NCBI GenBank assembly: GCA_015493765.1
Contig: WGCQ01000014.1
Coordinates: forward strand, 1 to 58,171
Direction of reading: 5' to 3'
Origin: Deltaproteobacteria bacterium
Lineage (GTDB): Bacteria > Myxococcota_A > UBA9042 > DTJE01 > S145-11
DNA: 58,171 nt
The first letter of the stretch is position 1, and each line of letters opens with the position of its first letter. Below, in pieces: positions 7,982 to 17,175 of this stretch. Below the pieces are notes generated by a model that was not told the DNA's origin, made no database searches, and saw nothing but the letters and a program-made list of their open reading frames with translations. The position numbers were made by a program, and so were the translations under genes.

Positions 7982-8443
7982 ATGAATACGTTATGGAATG
8001 AAGTGCTTATGAAGACATTGATGGAGCGTTTTTCACCATTGGTGTTAAAACTTTTGACAGACCCCAGAATACAGTCATTGCTGGCCGAGGTCCTGAATCT
8101 CCAGTCAGGCCTGCGGGAAAACATCGAAAGCCAGGTCAAGACCGTTGCCAGGACGTTGGACCTGGCAACCCGTGACGAGGTTACTGGTGTGCGCGACGTG
8201 GTCAAGGCCCTGGAGGCCCAGGTTGCGGAACTCAAAAAGGCGCTGGCGGAAAAGGACCAGAAAATCGAGGCACAGGACAAGGCCATTGACGAGTTGAAAG
8301 ACGAGGTAAAAAAGGCCAAAACCACCGCAAAGAAGGCCAAGACGACGACAAAGACCAGCTCCACGTCCGGAGCCAAAAAGACTACTACTAAAAAAGCGAG
8401 CAAATCCACAAAAAAGGATTCAGCGGCTAAGACAGAAAAATAG
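7982..8443 (+). CDS. Phasin-like coiled-coil protein with Lys/Thr-rich histone-H1-like tail
   Basis: 153-aa ORF with an AGGAGG SD 5 nt upstream. The segment LDLATRDEVTGVRDVVKALEAQVAELKK resembles PHA-granule phasin/PhaF-type repeats. The C-terminal tail reads KKAKTTAKKAKTTTK...KKTTTKKASKSTKK. Confidence 0.5.
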   Translation: MNTLWNEVLMKTLMERFSPLVLKLLTDPRIQSLLAEVLNLQSGLRENIESQVKTVARTLDLATRDEVTGVRDVVKALEAQVAELKKALAEKDQKIEAQDKAIDELKDEVKKAKTTAKKAKTTTKTSSTSGAKKTTTKKASKSTKKDSAAKTEK

Positions 8444-8537
8444 TGCAAGTCCCATATCTTGGTAATTTGGGACGGCAATCTGGGTTTGATAAAAATCATG
8501 GCCTGTAGTTTTTGTGGTTGATTGTCATAAAAAATAC

Positions 8538-8564
8538 TTGACAGCAGTAAGTTACAGGTATAAA
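8538..8564 (+). promoter_or_regulatory. possible promoter for the sdh operon (TTGACA-15 nt-TATAAA)
   Basis: Pattern match about 40 nt upstream of the sdhC-like start. The spacer is short at 15 nt. Confidence 0.2.
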
Positions 8565-8602
8565 CCCAAGACGTTTTTGGAACCGTAACAGGGGGACAAA
8601 TT

Positions 8603-8986
8603 ATGGTAGTATTGAAGAACGAACGAATTGCCGGTTTCAACTGGTACATGCAGCGGATAACCGGCGTGTTACTGGCCCTGTGGCTGCTGGTTCACTTTCT
8701 GGTGATCCACTTCAGTCACCTGCGGGCCACGGGGGGACAAATCAACTTCAACTGGGTGCACCAGCGGCTTCAATCCGGCTGGTGGCAGGCCTTCTATGGC
8801 ATTTTCGGCGTGCTGGTCATCTATCATGGTCTGTACGGCATCTACAACATCTTTGCGGACTATGATATGAAACCCGGCACCCGCAAGGCCCTGGTATGGA
8901 CCCTGTGGATTATCGGAGTGGCGGCTGTAGTATTTGCTTGGATGGCACTTTCGCCCTTTATTCACGGTACACACGGAGGCATGTGA
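8603..8986 (+). CDS. sdhC: Succinate dehydrogenase/fumarate reductase membrane (cytochrome b-type) subunit
   Basis: 127 aa and hydrophobic. It contains YMQRITGVLLALWLLVHF with conserved His, and sits immediately upstream of sdhA/sdhB. Confidence 0.6.
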   Translation: MVVLKNERIAGFNWYMQRITGVLLALWLLVHFLVIHFSHLRATGGQINFNWVHQRLQSGWWQAFYGIFGVLVIYHGLYGIYNIFADYDMKPGTRKALVWTLWIIGVAAVVFAWMALSPFIHGTHGGM

Positions 8987-9453
8987 TGGCGGATCTCGGT
9001 TATAAAAAGGAAAGGGCTGCACGGCCCGAGTGGGCGCACCTGCATTACATCAAGGAATGGTTTTTGAACGCAAACGTGGGCAATTTTGCCTTCCTGATGC
9101 AGAGGCTTACCGGAATTTTGATTGTTTTGTACCTGTTTGCGCACCTGTACAGCATCGGCGAGGCCTTTTTGTATGGAAAGGCTGCAAACGGGCATTCCCT
9201 GGATGTAATGGGCGCCCAGGCATTCAACCACGGAATGGCGGTGTACAATACGCCGTTTTTCCACGCCATGGAGTACCTGCTGATGCTGGGCGTGTTGTAT
9301 CACATGCTCAACGGGCTGCGTGTAATCATGGTGGACTGGTTCGGCTTCAGCAGACAGCACAAATCCCTGTTCTGGCTGAGCATGGCGATCATCGTGCTCG
9401 TTGCGGTGATTGGCGTCTTTTACTTTTTCCCTGAATTACACCTGATTGGATAA
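8986..9453 (+). CDS. sdhD: Second membrane anchor subunit of succinate dehydrogenase/fumarate reductase
   Basis: The ATG at 8986 overlaps the preceding TGA (ATGTGATGG). The product has a paralogous motif FLMQRLTGILIVLYLFAHL and is hydrophobic. The ORF-track start at 8896 is probably an upstream extension. Confidence 0.55.
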   Translation: MADLGYKKERAARPEWAHLHYIKEWFLNANVGNFAFLMQRLTGILIVLYLFAHLYSIGEAFLYGKAANGHSLDVMGAQAFNHGMAVYNTPFFHAMEYLLMLGVLYHMLNGLRVIMVDWFGFSRQHKSLFWLSMAIIVLVAVIGVFYFFPELHLIG

Positions 9454-9465
9454 GGCGGTGAGGAT

Positions 9466-11223
9466 ATGAAATACTTCAAGGCATTAGTTGTCGGAGGCGG
9501 CCTGGCTGGCATGAGGGCCGCGGTTGCCTTCAACATGAAAAACGTTTCCGTGGCCCTGCTTTCAAAGGTCCACCCATTGAGGTCACACTCGATCGAGGCC
9601 CAGGGCGGAATTAACGCGGCCCTGGGTAACCACCCGAGGGGCAAGTTCGATTCACCCAAACTGCATGGCTACGACACGGTAAAAGGTAGTGACTACCTGG
9701 CTGACCAGCCTGCCGTGCTGAAGTTCACGGGACTGGCTCCTTTTATCGTACGTGAAATGGAATCATGGGGCGTGCCGTTCTCGCGTACACCCGAGGGCAA
9801 GATCGCCCAGCGTCCGTTTGGCGGCGCCGGATTTCCGCGCACCTGCTATGCGGCTGACAAAACCGGTCACGTGCTGCTGCACACGATGTGGGAGCAGGTG
9901 GTCAAGTACAAAACGTACGCGGAACGCAAGAACATCCAGATCTTTGATGAATGGATGGTGACTCGCCTGATCATTGATGCGGGTAAGGCCGTTGGTGTGG
10001 TTGCCATGAACATCCAGACCGGTGAAATCGACGCGTTCATGGCCGAGGCAATCGTGTGGGCCACCGGTGGCATGGGCAGGATCTTCAAGAACACGACGAA
10101 CGCCCTGATCAACACGGGCCTGGGCATGGCGATTCCGTACTGGGCCGGTGTACCGCTGAAGGACATGGAATTCGTCCAGTTCCACCCCACAACGCTGCTG
10201 GGGCCGAACATCCTGATGACCGAGGGATGCCGTGGCGAGGGTGGTTACCTGATCAACAAGGACGGCGAGCGCTTTTTGGCCAACTATCCGGACAGTTCCA
10301 AGTCCATGGAGATCTCGCCTCGTGACATCGTTTCACGTAACATCCAACGCGAGATCGATAAGGGCAAGGGCGGATATCCGTTTGCCGGCGGTGTCAAGGA
10401 AGGACCGTTCGTGGGGCTGGACCTGCGCCACCTGGGCGAGGCAAGGATCCAGGAACGGCTGCCTGCGATTCGTGAAATTGCAATCAATTTTGCCGGTGTT
10501 GACCCGGTTTATGAGCCGATCCCGATCCAGCCGGGCACCCACTACGCCATGGGCGGCCTGGATACCAATGAAAACGGCCAGGCACCCGAGGTCGAGGGCT
10601 TCTATGCCGCGGGCGAGGCGGGTTGCGCATCCGTACACGGCGCCAACCGCCTGGGCGGCAACAGCCTGCTGGAGACGCTGGTGTTCGGTAAGATTGCGGG
10701 TGAACACGCCGCCGATTACATCAACGCCAAGGAGACTTCGGTAATGACCAGCAAGGGCTTTGTCGCCGAGGTCCTGGAGGACGAAAAGAACCGGCTTAAG
10801 GAACTGAAAAACAAGAACGGCAAGGAAAAACACGCAAAGATCAACGACGAATTGCAGCAGACCATGCGCGACAACGTATGGATTTTCCGTAACGAGGAAA
10901 ATCTTACCAAGGCATATAACAAGATCCAGGAACTCAAAGAACGCTATAAAAACATTGGTATCCAGTACAAGGGCGACGTGATGAATTACGACCTGATCTG
11001 GGCACTGGAGGTCCAGGGCAACCTGTCCGTTGCAGAGGCCGTGGTTGCAGGTGCTTTGAACAGGAAGGAAAGCCGCGGGGCCCACTTCCGCCTGGAATAT
11101 CCCAAGCGTGACGATGAAAATTACCTGAAGCATACAATCATACGCTGGGACGGTGAAAAGGCCCAACTGGGCTGGAAGGACGTGGAACTGGGTATCTGGG
11201 AGCCCAAGGAACGCAAATATTGA
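9466..11223 (+). CDS. sdhA: Succinate dehydrogenase/fumarate reductase flavoprotein subunit
   Basis: 585 aa. It has the dinucleotide-binding motif VVGGGLAGMRAA, the covalent-FAD His motif RSHSIEAQGGINAA, and HPTTLLG..LMTEGCRGEGGYL. Confidence 0.95.
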   Translation: MKYFKALVVGGGLAGMRAAVAFNMKNVSVALLSKVHPLRSHSIEAQGGINAALGNHPRGKFDSPKLHGYDTVKGSDYLADQPAVLKFTGLAPFIVREMESWGVPFSRTPEGKIAQRPFGGAGFPRTCYAADKTGHVLLHTMWEQVVKYKTYAERKNIQIFDEWMVTRLIIDAGKAVGVVAMNIQTGEIDAFMAEAIVWATGGMGRIFKNTTNALINTGLGMAIPYWAGVPLKDMEFVQFHPTTLLGPNILMTEGCRGEGGYLINKDGERFLANYPDSSKSMEISPRDIVSRNIQREIDKGKGGYPFAGGVKEGPFVGLDLRHLGEARIQERLPAIREIAINFAGVDPVYEPIPIQPGTHYAMGGLDTNENGQAPEVEGFYAAGEAGCASVHGANRLGGNSLLETLVFGKIAGEHAADYINAKETSVMTSKGFVAEVLEDEKNRLKELKNKNGKEKHAKINDELQQTMRDNVWIFRNEENLTKAYNKIQELKERYKNIGIQYKGDVMNYDLIWALEVQGNLSVAEAVVAGALNRKESRGAHFRLEYPKRDDENYLKHTIIRWDGEKAQLGWKDVELGIWEPKERKY

Positions 11224-11241
11224 TGACCGGGAGGGTGAACG

Positions 11242-11976
11242 ATGAGTGAAAAATATACATTCAAGATTCTTCGGTTTGATCCGCAGACAGGCCAGGCCCC
11301 GTACTGGCAAAGTTACGAGGTACCGCAACTGAAAGAGGGAATGAGTGTCCTGGACGGCTTGCTGTACATCCAGCAGTATTTGGACGGTTCCCTGGGTTTC
11401 AGGACCTCCTGTCGCGCCGGCGTGTGTGGTTCCTGTGCCATGCATATTGCGGGTACGTACCGGCTGGCATGTGAGACCCAGGTGAAATTCCTGTCCACCA
11501 CGACAATCACGGTACGACCCCTGTCCCACATCCCGATCATCAAGGACCTGGTCGTGGACATGACCCCGTTCTATGAAAAATACGAAAAGATCAAGCCGTA
11601 CCTGATGCCCGGCACCAACGATGTTGACGAGCACCACGAGCGCCTGCAGTCCCGCAGCGACCGCGAAAAACTGGACAACATCATTGACTGCATCCTGTGC
11701 GGTGCGTGCTATGCCTCGTGTCCCATGACCGCGGCGGACCCGGAATACCTGGGGCCTGCGGCCTTGATGAAGGCCAACCGTTTCGTGGTGGACAGCCGCG
11801 ATGACAACGTGGGCGAGCGTTTGCAGATCGTGGGTGACGAGCACGGGATCTTCCGTTGCCACACCGCATTCAACTGCACCGAGGTCTGTCCCAAGCACCT
11901 CGACCCTGCCGGTTCCATTGCAAACCTGAAACGCAAGCACCTCAGCGTAAAGATCATGAAGGTCAGGCCGCAATAA
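11242..11976 (+). CDS. sdhB: Succinate dehydrogenase/fumarate reductase iron-sulfur subunit
   Basis: 244 aa. The three cluster motifs are present: CRAGVCGSCAM (2Fe-2S), CILCGACYASCP and CHTAFNCTEVCPK. Confidence 0.95.
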   Translation: MSEKYTFKILRFDPQTGQAPYWQSYEVPQLKEGMSVLDGLLYIQQYLDGSLGFRTSCRAGVCGSCAMHIAGTYRLACETQVKFLSTTTITVRPLSHIPIIKDLVVDMTPFYEKYEKIKPYLMPGTNDVDEHHERLQSRSDREKLDNIIDCILCGACYASCPMTAADPEYLGPAALMKANRFVVDSRDDNVGERLQIVGDEHGIFRCHTAFNCTEVCPKHLDPAGSIANLKRKHLSVKIMKVRPQ

Positions 11977-12119
11977 AAAGTGGTGTACTTGTCCAATAAC
12001 CATCTGCGATAGTTCCATATGTTTCGGCCCAACCGTTTATTACTTCAGAATTAATCCGGTAATTCGGGGATAGTGTCATAAGTTTGCCATATCGTTTGAC
12101 TCGTGGTAAAATTTCGACC

Positions 12120-13358
12120 ATGAAACGGCTTGCGGCAATCGTTTACGTTTCCCTGTTCATCGTTGCAATTCCTGCCTTCCATGGACAGGCCGATAACCTG
12201 TCCCAATGCAAGACAAGGCGTATTACAGTTGTACCCTACCCCTTTCCTGACGGCATTGCCCAGCGTACGGCCAAGGCATTTACAACCGCGGCTGCCATGG
12301 ACCCGTGTGTGACACCGGTAGATGTGTACGGGTTACTGGAGGGCGCGGATTCCAAGGGCCTCGTTGCAGTGGACAAGGCCAAGGACGCGCTGCACCAGGG
12401 TATCAGGGCGTTTGACAGCGGCTCGTACAAACATGCCGCTGACCTGTTACAACAGGCTGTAGACGGCTTTTTACCCAATTATGCGGCTGCTGGCATGTCC
12501 AGGGACGTGGTGGATGCACTTTTGTACCTGGGCAGCGCAAGGCTTGCCCTGGGTCAAAGGAAAATGGCCCGAAAAGCCTTTTTGATGGCCCTTACCCTGG
12601 ACCCGACGTCCGATGTATCTTCCGTGACCAGTATGCCGGAGGCAATGGACCTGATGCAGCAGGTCCAGGCCAGAATGCAGAGCCTTGGCACTGGTGCCGT
12701 TAGTATCTCATCCGTGCCGTCAGGCGCCCTGGTATATGTGGACGGGTCATTTCGGGGTAGTGCACCCATTACCATTCAGGAACTGCATGCGGGCAAACAC
12801 GTAATCACCCTGATGATGGTGGGATTCAGGCGTGAAACCAGGATTGTGAATATACTGCCAAACGGCCTTGTAAACGCAGGCACGGTCAACATGGTTGCAG
12901 TGCCTCGTGCCACGCTATTGTCGGAAATCATCAGGCGCCTGTTGTTTGGTGACGACAAGGCCTATATGGATGCAAAGTCCCTGGTGGCATCGGATTTCAT
13001 GCTGGTATGTCGGCATGACGGTGCAAGGATCAGCGCATCCTTGTTCGATTTGAATCGCGGTATGGTATTTACGCGAAAGTCCCTGGATTTGGGCATGGGC
13101 AGGCCGAGTGGACAGGCGGCCAGGCATGTGCTGACCGGCCTGTTACAGGATGCGAATCGTCGGCTCCAGGCGCACAATATACCTTTACCTAACGGTTCTG
13201 CCGGTTCTTCATCGATTGTAAGGAAATGGTGGTTTTGGACCGCTATTGGCGCCGTTGTGGTTGGGGGTACCACTGCGGCGGTATTGTTAACCCTGCCCGG
13301 CGGCGGTGGATCAGGCATGAAAAAGGATGGAACAGGTTCCATCATCCTGCAATTTTAG
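12120..13358 (+). CDS. Secreted/membrane-anchored PEGA-domain protein with TPR-like segment
   Basis: The signal peptide MKRLAAIVYVSLFIVAIPAFHG starts at the ATG at 12120. A PEGA-like motif reads SSVPSGALVYVDGSFRGSAPITI. There is a C-terminal TM helix WWFWTAIGAVVVGGTTAAVLL. Confidence 0.6.
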   Translation: MKRLAAIVYVSLFIVAIPAFHGQADNLSQCKTRRITVVPYPFPDGIAQRTAKAFTTAAAMDPCVTPVDVYGLLEGADSKGLVAVDKAKDALHQGIRAFDSGSYKHAADLLQQAVDGFLPNYAAAGMSRDVVDALLYLGSARLALGQRKMARKAFLMALTLDPTSDVSSVTSMPEAMDLMQQVQARMQSLGTGAVSISSVPSGALVYVDGSFRGSAPITIQELHAGKHVITLMMVGFRRETRIVNILPNGLVNAGTVNMVAVPRATLLSEIIRRLLFGDDKAYMDAKSLVASDFMLVCRHDGARISASLFDLNRGMVFTRKSLDLGMGRPSGQAARHVLTGLLQDANRRLQAHNIPLPNGSAGSSSIVRKWWFWTAIGAVVVGGTTAAVLLTLPGGGGSGMKKDGTGSIILQF

Positions 13359-13366
13359 GAGGTTGT

Positions 13367-14248
13367 ATGAAACGTCTTGTATTGGTGTCGATTGTACTGT
13401 GTATCCCATTGGTACTGGTGGCCCAGCAAAAACCCAAGGACTATTTCCGGAATGCGGCCACAGAACTCGCCGCAGGCAAGGTGGACCAGGCCATTGCGGA
13501 TTTCCAAAAGGGGTTGACACTGCGGCCCAAGGTCAAGGAAGGGTGGTACAACCTGGGTATTGCATACAGCCGCAAGGGAAACCATGCAAAGGAAGTGGAG
13601 TCCTACAAGAAATCCCTGGAAATCGATCCCGGGTACGAAAACGCATTGTACAACCTGGCTGTGAGCCTGATGGAACAGGGAAAATATGCGGATGCACAAA
13701 AATACCTGGAAAAACTGGTAAAAAAGGACCCCAAGTCCCCTGACGCCTTGAACAACCTGGGTGTCGTGCTGTTGAAACAGGGGCAGTTTGATGAGGCTGT
13801 CAAGTATTTTGACCAGGTATTGCAGGTATCACCATCCATGATCGAGGCCTTGTTCAACAAGGGACTGGCATTGCTGGAAAAATTCCGCAAGTCCAAGGAT
13901 AAAACCGCATTGGACGGGGCGATCAAGGCATTTCAGGATGTGCTGGCAAAACGTTCCAATTTCTACAGGGCAGCCTACAACCTGGGCGTGGCCTTTCATC
14001 TGAAGGGCCAGTTGGACCAGGAATTGAACGCCTACAAGCAGGCATTGAAGGCCAAGGACGACTATTTCCCTGCACTATACAACCTGGCCGTGGTTTACAC
14101 CAACCAGGGCAAGCGCCAGCAGGCAATGCAGGCATGGCAAAATTACATAAGCAAGGCAAAACAGGATGCCGCGGAAACCACTTTTGTCCAAAAGGCCCGG
14201 GAACAACTTCGGGTCCTGAAGGGTGTGAAAGCCAAGTCCAAGTCCTGA
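13367..14248 (+). CDS. Secreted tetratricopeptide (TPR) repeat protein
   Basis: The signal peptide MKRLVLVSIVLCIPLVLVAQQ follows a GGAGG SD. Repeated WYNLGIAY / LYNLAVSL / AYNLGVAF / LYNLAVVY motifs are TPR signatures. Confidence 0.8.
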   Translation: MKRLVLVSIVLCIPLVLVAQQKPKDYFRNAATELAAGKVDQAIADFQKGLTLRPKVKEGWYNLGIAYSRKGNHAKEVESYKKSLEIDPGYENALYNLAVSLMEQGKYADAQKYLEKLVKKDPKSPDALNNLGVVLLKQGQFDEAVKYFDQVLQVSPSMIEALFNKGLALLEKFRKSKDKTALDGAIKAFQDVLAKRSNFYRAAYNLGVAFHLKGQLDQELNAYKQALKAKDDYFPALYNLAVVYTNQGKRQQAMQAWQNYISKAKQDAAETTFVQKAREQLRVLKGVKAKSKS

Positions 14249-14323
14249 ATCCGGGCCATGGGTGAAACCTATCGGATTTAACTTACTCGGATTATCAATT
14301 TTCCAAAATATTTAATGTGATTC

Positions 14324-15502
14324 TTATAGCGGGCTGAAGGTGCGGCATTTTTTGCCCAGCAGGGCCGTCAGGTACGGCTCGAAGGCATCGGATTTTTGTT
14401 TACCCAGCAAACGCCCAATCTCTTTACCGGTATGGTCCAGGAACACGAATACCGGCACCCCCACGATACCGAATTGCTTGATATATTTCTTGTTTTTGGC
14501 CTGGGACACGTCGATCTGGCGTATTTTCAACCCCTGGCCGTAACACCGGTTGCGCAGGGCGCCAATAACAGGCATCATGGACCTGCAAATCGGACAGTTG
14601 TGCGAATAAAATTCGATCAGCGTGGGTGTACCCGAATCAACCAGGGTTTCAGGTGTCTGGAACACCTCCTGTCCTGGTGACACCTTGCACAGACCGTGCT
14701 CGCCTTTGCACTCCTTGGCCTTCTTCTTTTGCGTCGCTGCAAGGATGTGTTTCGATGCCTTGGCAGGGTTATGAGCGGGCTTTGATTCGGCAATCGCCGG
14801 TTGAGAACCGGGTAGCATGTTTTCGAACATACCGAGGTTGCCTGTCAGTAATAACAGCCCGACCAGCACGGCAAGCCCGCCGGTCACCCACTCGATGATT
14901 CCGCCATAACGCTTGATGCCTGCGACCAGTTTCGCGGTCTGGTCGATAAACAGGGACAACAGCAGCAGCGGCGTGGCAAAGCCCAGGGAATACACCAGCA
15001 GCATCAAGCCGCCTTTCAGAGGGTTAGCGGTAACCATGGCCGTGTAGGTCAGCACAGCGCCCAGTATAGGCCCCACGCAGGGTGACCAGCCAAAGGCGAA
15101 AGCAAAGCCCAGGATAAAGGCATTCAAGTACTTGAACCTGGTGTTGAGCCGGTCCGCATTCGGTCGCACATCCCGGTCAAGGAACGGGATGTTCAAATAA
15201 CCCATGAATTTGAGTCCCAGCAGGATCACCAGCAGCCCGCCCAGGCGCTCGAACAGGTCGCGGTGTGTTACCAGTGCCCGGCCGATATACGTGGCGGACA
15301 GCCCCATGAGCACGAAGACCACCGTGAAGCCGGCGGTAAAAAACAGGGTCGTAAAGAAGGCTGCCAGACGGTCCCTGGTGCCCGCCTTTTGCGGGATTGA
15401 CCCCAGCAACATTACCAGGTACACGGGGATCAACGGCAACACGCAAGGCGAGGCGAATGTCAGCAAACCGCCCAGAAACAAACCACCAAAAGAGGCATCC
15501 AT
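14324..15502 (-). CDS. CcdA/DsbD-type thiol:disulfide transporter fused to a C-terminal thioredoxin domain
   Basis: 392 aa. The N-terminus LLTFASPCVLPLIPVY plus GWSPCVGPILG are the two conserved Cys-Pro TM motifs of CcdA/DsbD. The C-terminal FYSHNCPICRSM is a Trx-type CxxC. Confidence 0.8.
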   Translation of the reverse strand: MDASFGGLFLGGLLTFASPCVLPLIPVYLVMLLGSIPQKAGTRDRLAAFFTTLFFTAGFTVVFVLMGLSATYIGRALVTHRDLFERLGGLLVILLGLKFMGYLNIPFLDRDVRPNADRLNTRFKYLNAFILGFAFAFGWSPCVGPILGAVLTYTAMVTANPLKGGLMLLVYSLGFATPLLLLSLFIDQTAKLVAGIKRYGGIIEWVTGGLAVLVGLLLLTGNLGMFENMLPGSQPAIAESKPAHNPAKASKHILAATQKKKAKECKGEHGLCKVSPGQEVFQTPETLVDSGTPTLIEFYSHNCPICRSMMPVIGALRNRCYGQGLKIRQIDVSQAKNKKYIKQFGIVGVPVFVFLDHTGKEIGRLLGKQKSDAFEPYLTALLGKKCRTFSPL

Positions 15503-15691
15503 TTTATAACCTCATCAGCAATCGCCTGCAGTAATCGGCATAAAAACAAAGTCTATCATCAATGACGGGCCTCCTTTTACGGAACACGCGATGGAGACCC
15601 GTTGTATCAGAGCCGCTAATCATGGTTTTGGTTTCCAAATCCAAGGTTCAAAACATAACATTCCATAGATAAAAATTCCATAAACGCCCTT

Positions 15692-17167
15692 TTATTCCTT
15701 TGATTCCTCCGAATTCAGCAACCTCTGGAGCCGTTCCTCGCGCAGGTCCACCGTAATGGTCTGCGACAGCCTGACATGCACTGCGCCTGCCTTGCCCTGC
15801 CTGGTCCTGTGTACGTGCCTGCGCTGCGTGTACATGACCTCTGCCCTGCCCTCGTCCCTGGCCTTTGAAAAATAGGCGGCCAGGATCGCGGCATCCCGTA
15901 TGCTTTCGAAATCCACGTCCTTCTTGTTTGCCCTTGCCAGCACCACGTGCGAACCGGGCATACCCACCACGTGAAACCAGTAATCGTTGTCCCGGGCGAT
16001 CTTGAAGGTCAGGGTCTCGTTGTCCTGGCCCGTCTTGCCCACCAGTATGCGCTCGTTATGTATGGAGCGAAATACCCTAAACGGCTTGTGTGTCGCGGCT
16101 TCTGACCTTTTCGGCGCCTCGGGTTCGGCCTCACCCCGACTTATGCGTATGCCCAGGCCAATGGCCTGTTCGGCCAGCTCGTCCACCCTGGTCCATGCCC
16201 CTTCGGACTTCACCTCCGCATATAACTGCCTGAGTTTTTGCAGTAATTCCTCGCTGTCAGCCATACGCTGCCTGAGTATGCCCTGTCCCTTTTTCAACGC
16301 CTTGGCCCGCTTGAACATCCACTGCATGTTCTGGGCCGGGGTCATCCTGGGGTCCAGGTTCAGGCGTATGGTTTTGCCATTCTCGTCCTGCAATTCCACG
16401 AAATGCGGCCTGGGCGGTCCATGCAATGTCGCCAGGTTGGCCTTCAGCAACTCCGCATTCCTGAACATCTCGTCGGCCCTTTGAGCCTTTTTCATATCCT
16501 GCTGGATCCTGAGTTGCTTGCGGGATTCGTGTCGGATCAGGCTGCGCAGCCGCCAGCGCAACTGGTGCAGCATCTCTTCCTTTTGATGCCTGGTCCACAG
16601 GTCCGCATAGAATGCGTCCACCTGCTCGCACACGGTCCTGGACTTGTCCAGGAAACGAAAGCCCTGGGCGCTCTGGCCGGATGAGGGCATGGGCCACTGG
16701 TAACGCAGCCCCTGCACGAGTTCGCGCTTCCTGGACAGGTTCGGCCCCAGGGAGCCCAAAATCACGTCGTTTTCATCCAACAGGAACACGTTCGGGTGGT
16801 GCCCAGTGGCCTCGAACAGCAAGGACATCCGGCCTTCCCCGGTTTCGAACAAAAATCGTACCACCCGGTCCCTGCGCTCCACCCGCATATCGTCAAGCCG
16901 CGCCATGGTCAATTCCTTGCGCAGTTTCATCATAAAGCCGCCAGGACCGCTGACCTTTGACCTGCGGACCCGGGCCTTGTCCACCGTGTGCAGCCGTACA
17001 AACCCGACCCGGGTGCATATCAGTACGCTGTGCGCACCGGTACGGCCGAAAAACTCCAGCAGCAGGGCGTGCTGGGAGGGTTGCTTGACCTTTTGTAGTA
17101 CCGCGCCGACCAGCAATGGCCGTAGTTCTGTCACCACGGCGCGGAGTTCTTCGAGGCTGAGACTCAT
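15692..17167 (-). CDS. NFACT-family protein (FbpA/RqcH-like, DUF814-containing)
   Basis: I place the start at ATG 17167 (MSLSLEEL...), 9 nt after the upstream gene's stop. The N-terminal NFACT-N-like region is followed by a coiled coil and the NFACT-R motif DNDYWFHVVGMPGSHVVL. Confidence 0.7.
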   Translation of the reverse strand: MSLSLEELRAVVTELRPLLVGAVLQKVKQPSQHALLLEFFGRTGAHSVLICTRVGFVRLHTVDKARVRRSKVSGPGGFMMKLRKELTMARLDDMRVERRDRVVRFLFETGEGRMSLLFEATGHHPNVFLLDENDVILGSLGPNLSRKRELVQGLRYQWPMPSSGQSAQGFRFLDKSRTVCEQVDAFYADLWTRHQKEEMLHQLRWRLRSLIRHESRKQLRIQQDMKKAQRADEMFRNAELLKANLATLHGPPRPHFVELQDENGKTIRLNLDPRMTPAQNMQWMFKRAKALKKGQGILRQRMADSEELLQKLRQLYAEVKSEGAWTRVDELAEQAIGLGIRISRGEAEPEAPKRSEAATHKPFRVFRSIHNERILVGKTGQDNETLTFKIARDNDYWFHVVGMPGSHVVLARANKKDVDFESIRDAAILAAYFSKARDEGRAEVMYTQRRHVHRTRQGKAGAVHVRLSQTITVDLREERLQRLLNSEESKE

Positions 17168-17175
17168 AATCGTCC

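Noticed and set aside
7876-8649. 257-aa minus-strand ORF overlapping the phasin-like gene and the sdhC start
   Set aside because: The plus-strand ORF at 7982-8443 has a strong AGGAGG SD and a coherent coiled-coil/Lys-tail architecture. The minus ORF crosses an intergenic promoter region and is low-complexity.
10333-12018. 561-aa ORF antisense to sdhA/sdhB
   Set aside because: It lies entirely opposite two genes with unmistakable conserved motifs. The translation is Gly/Arg/His/Val/Asp/Gln-rich with no recognisable domain. This is a typical shadow ORF in GC-rich DNA.
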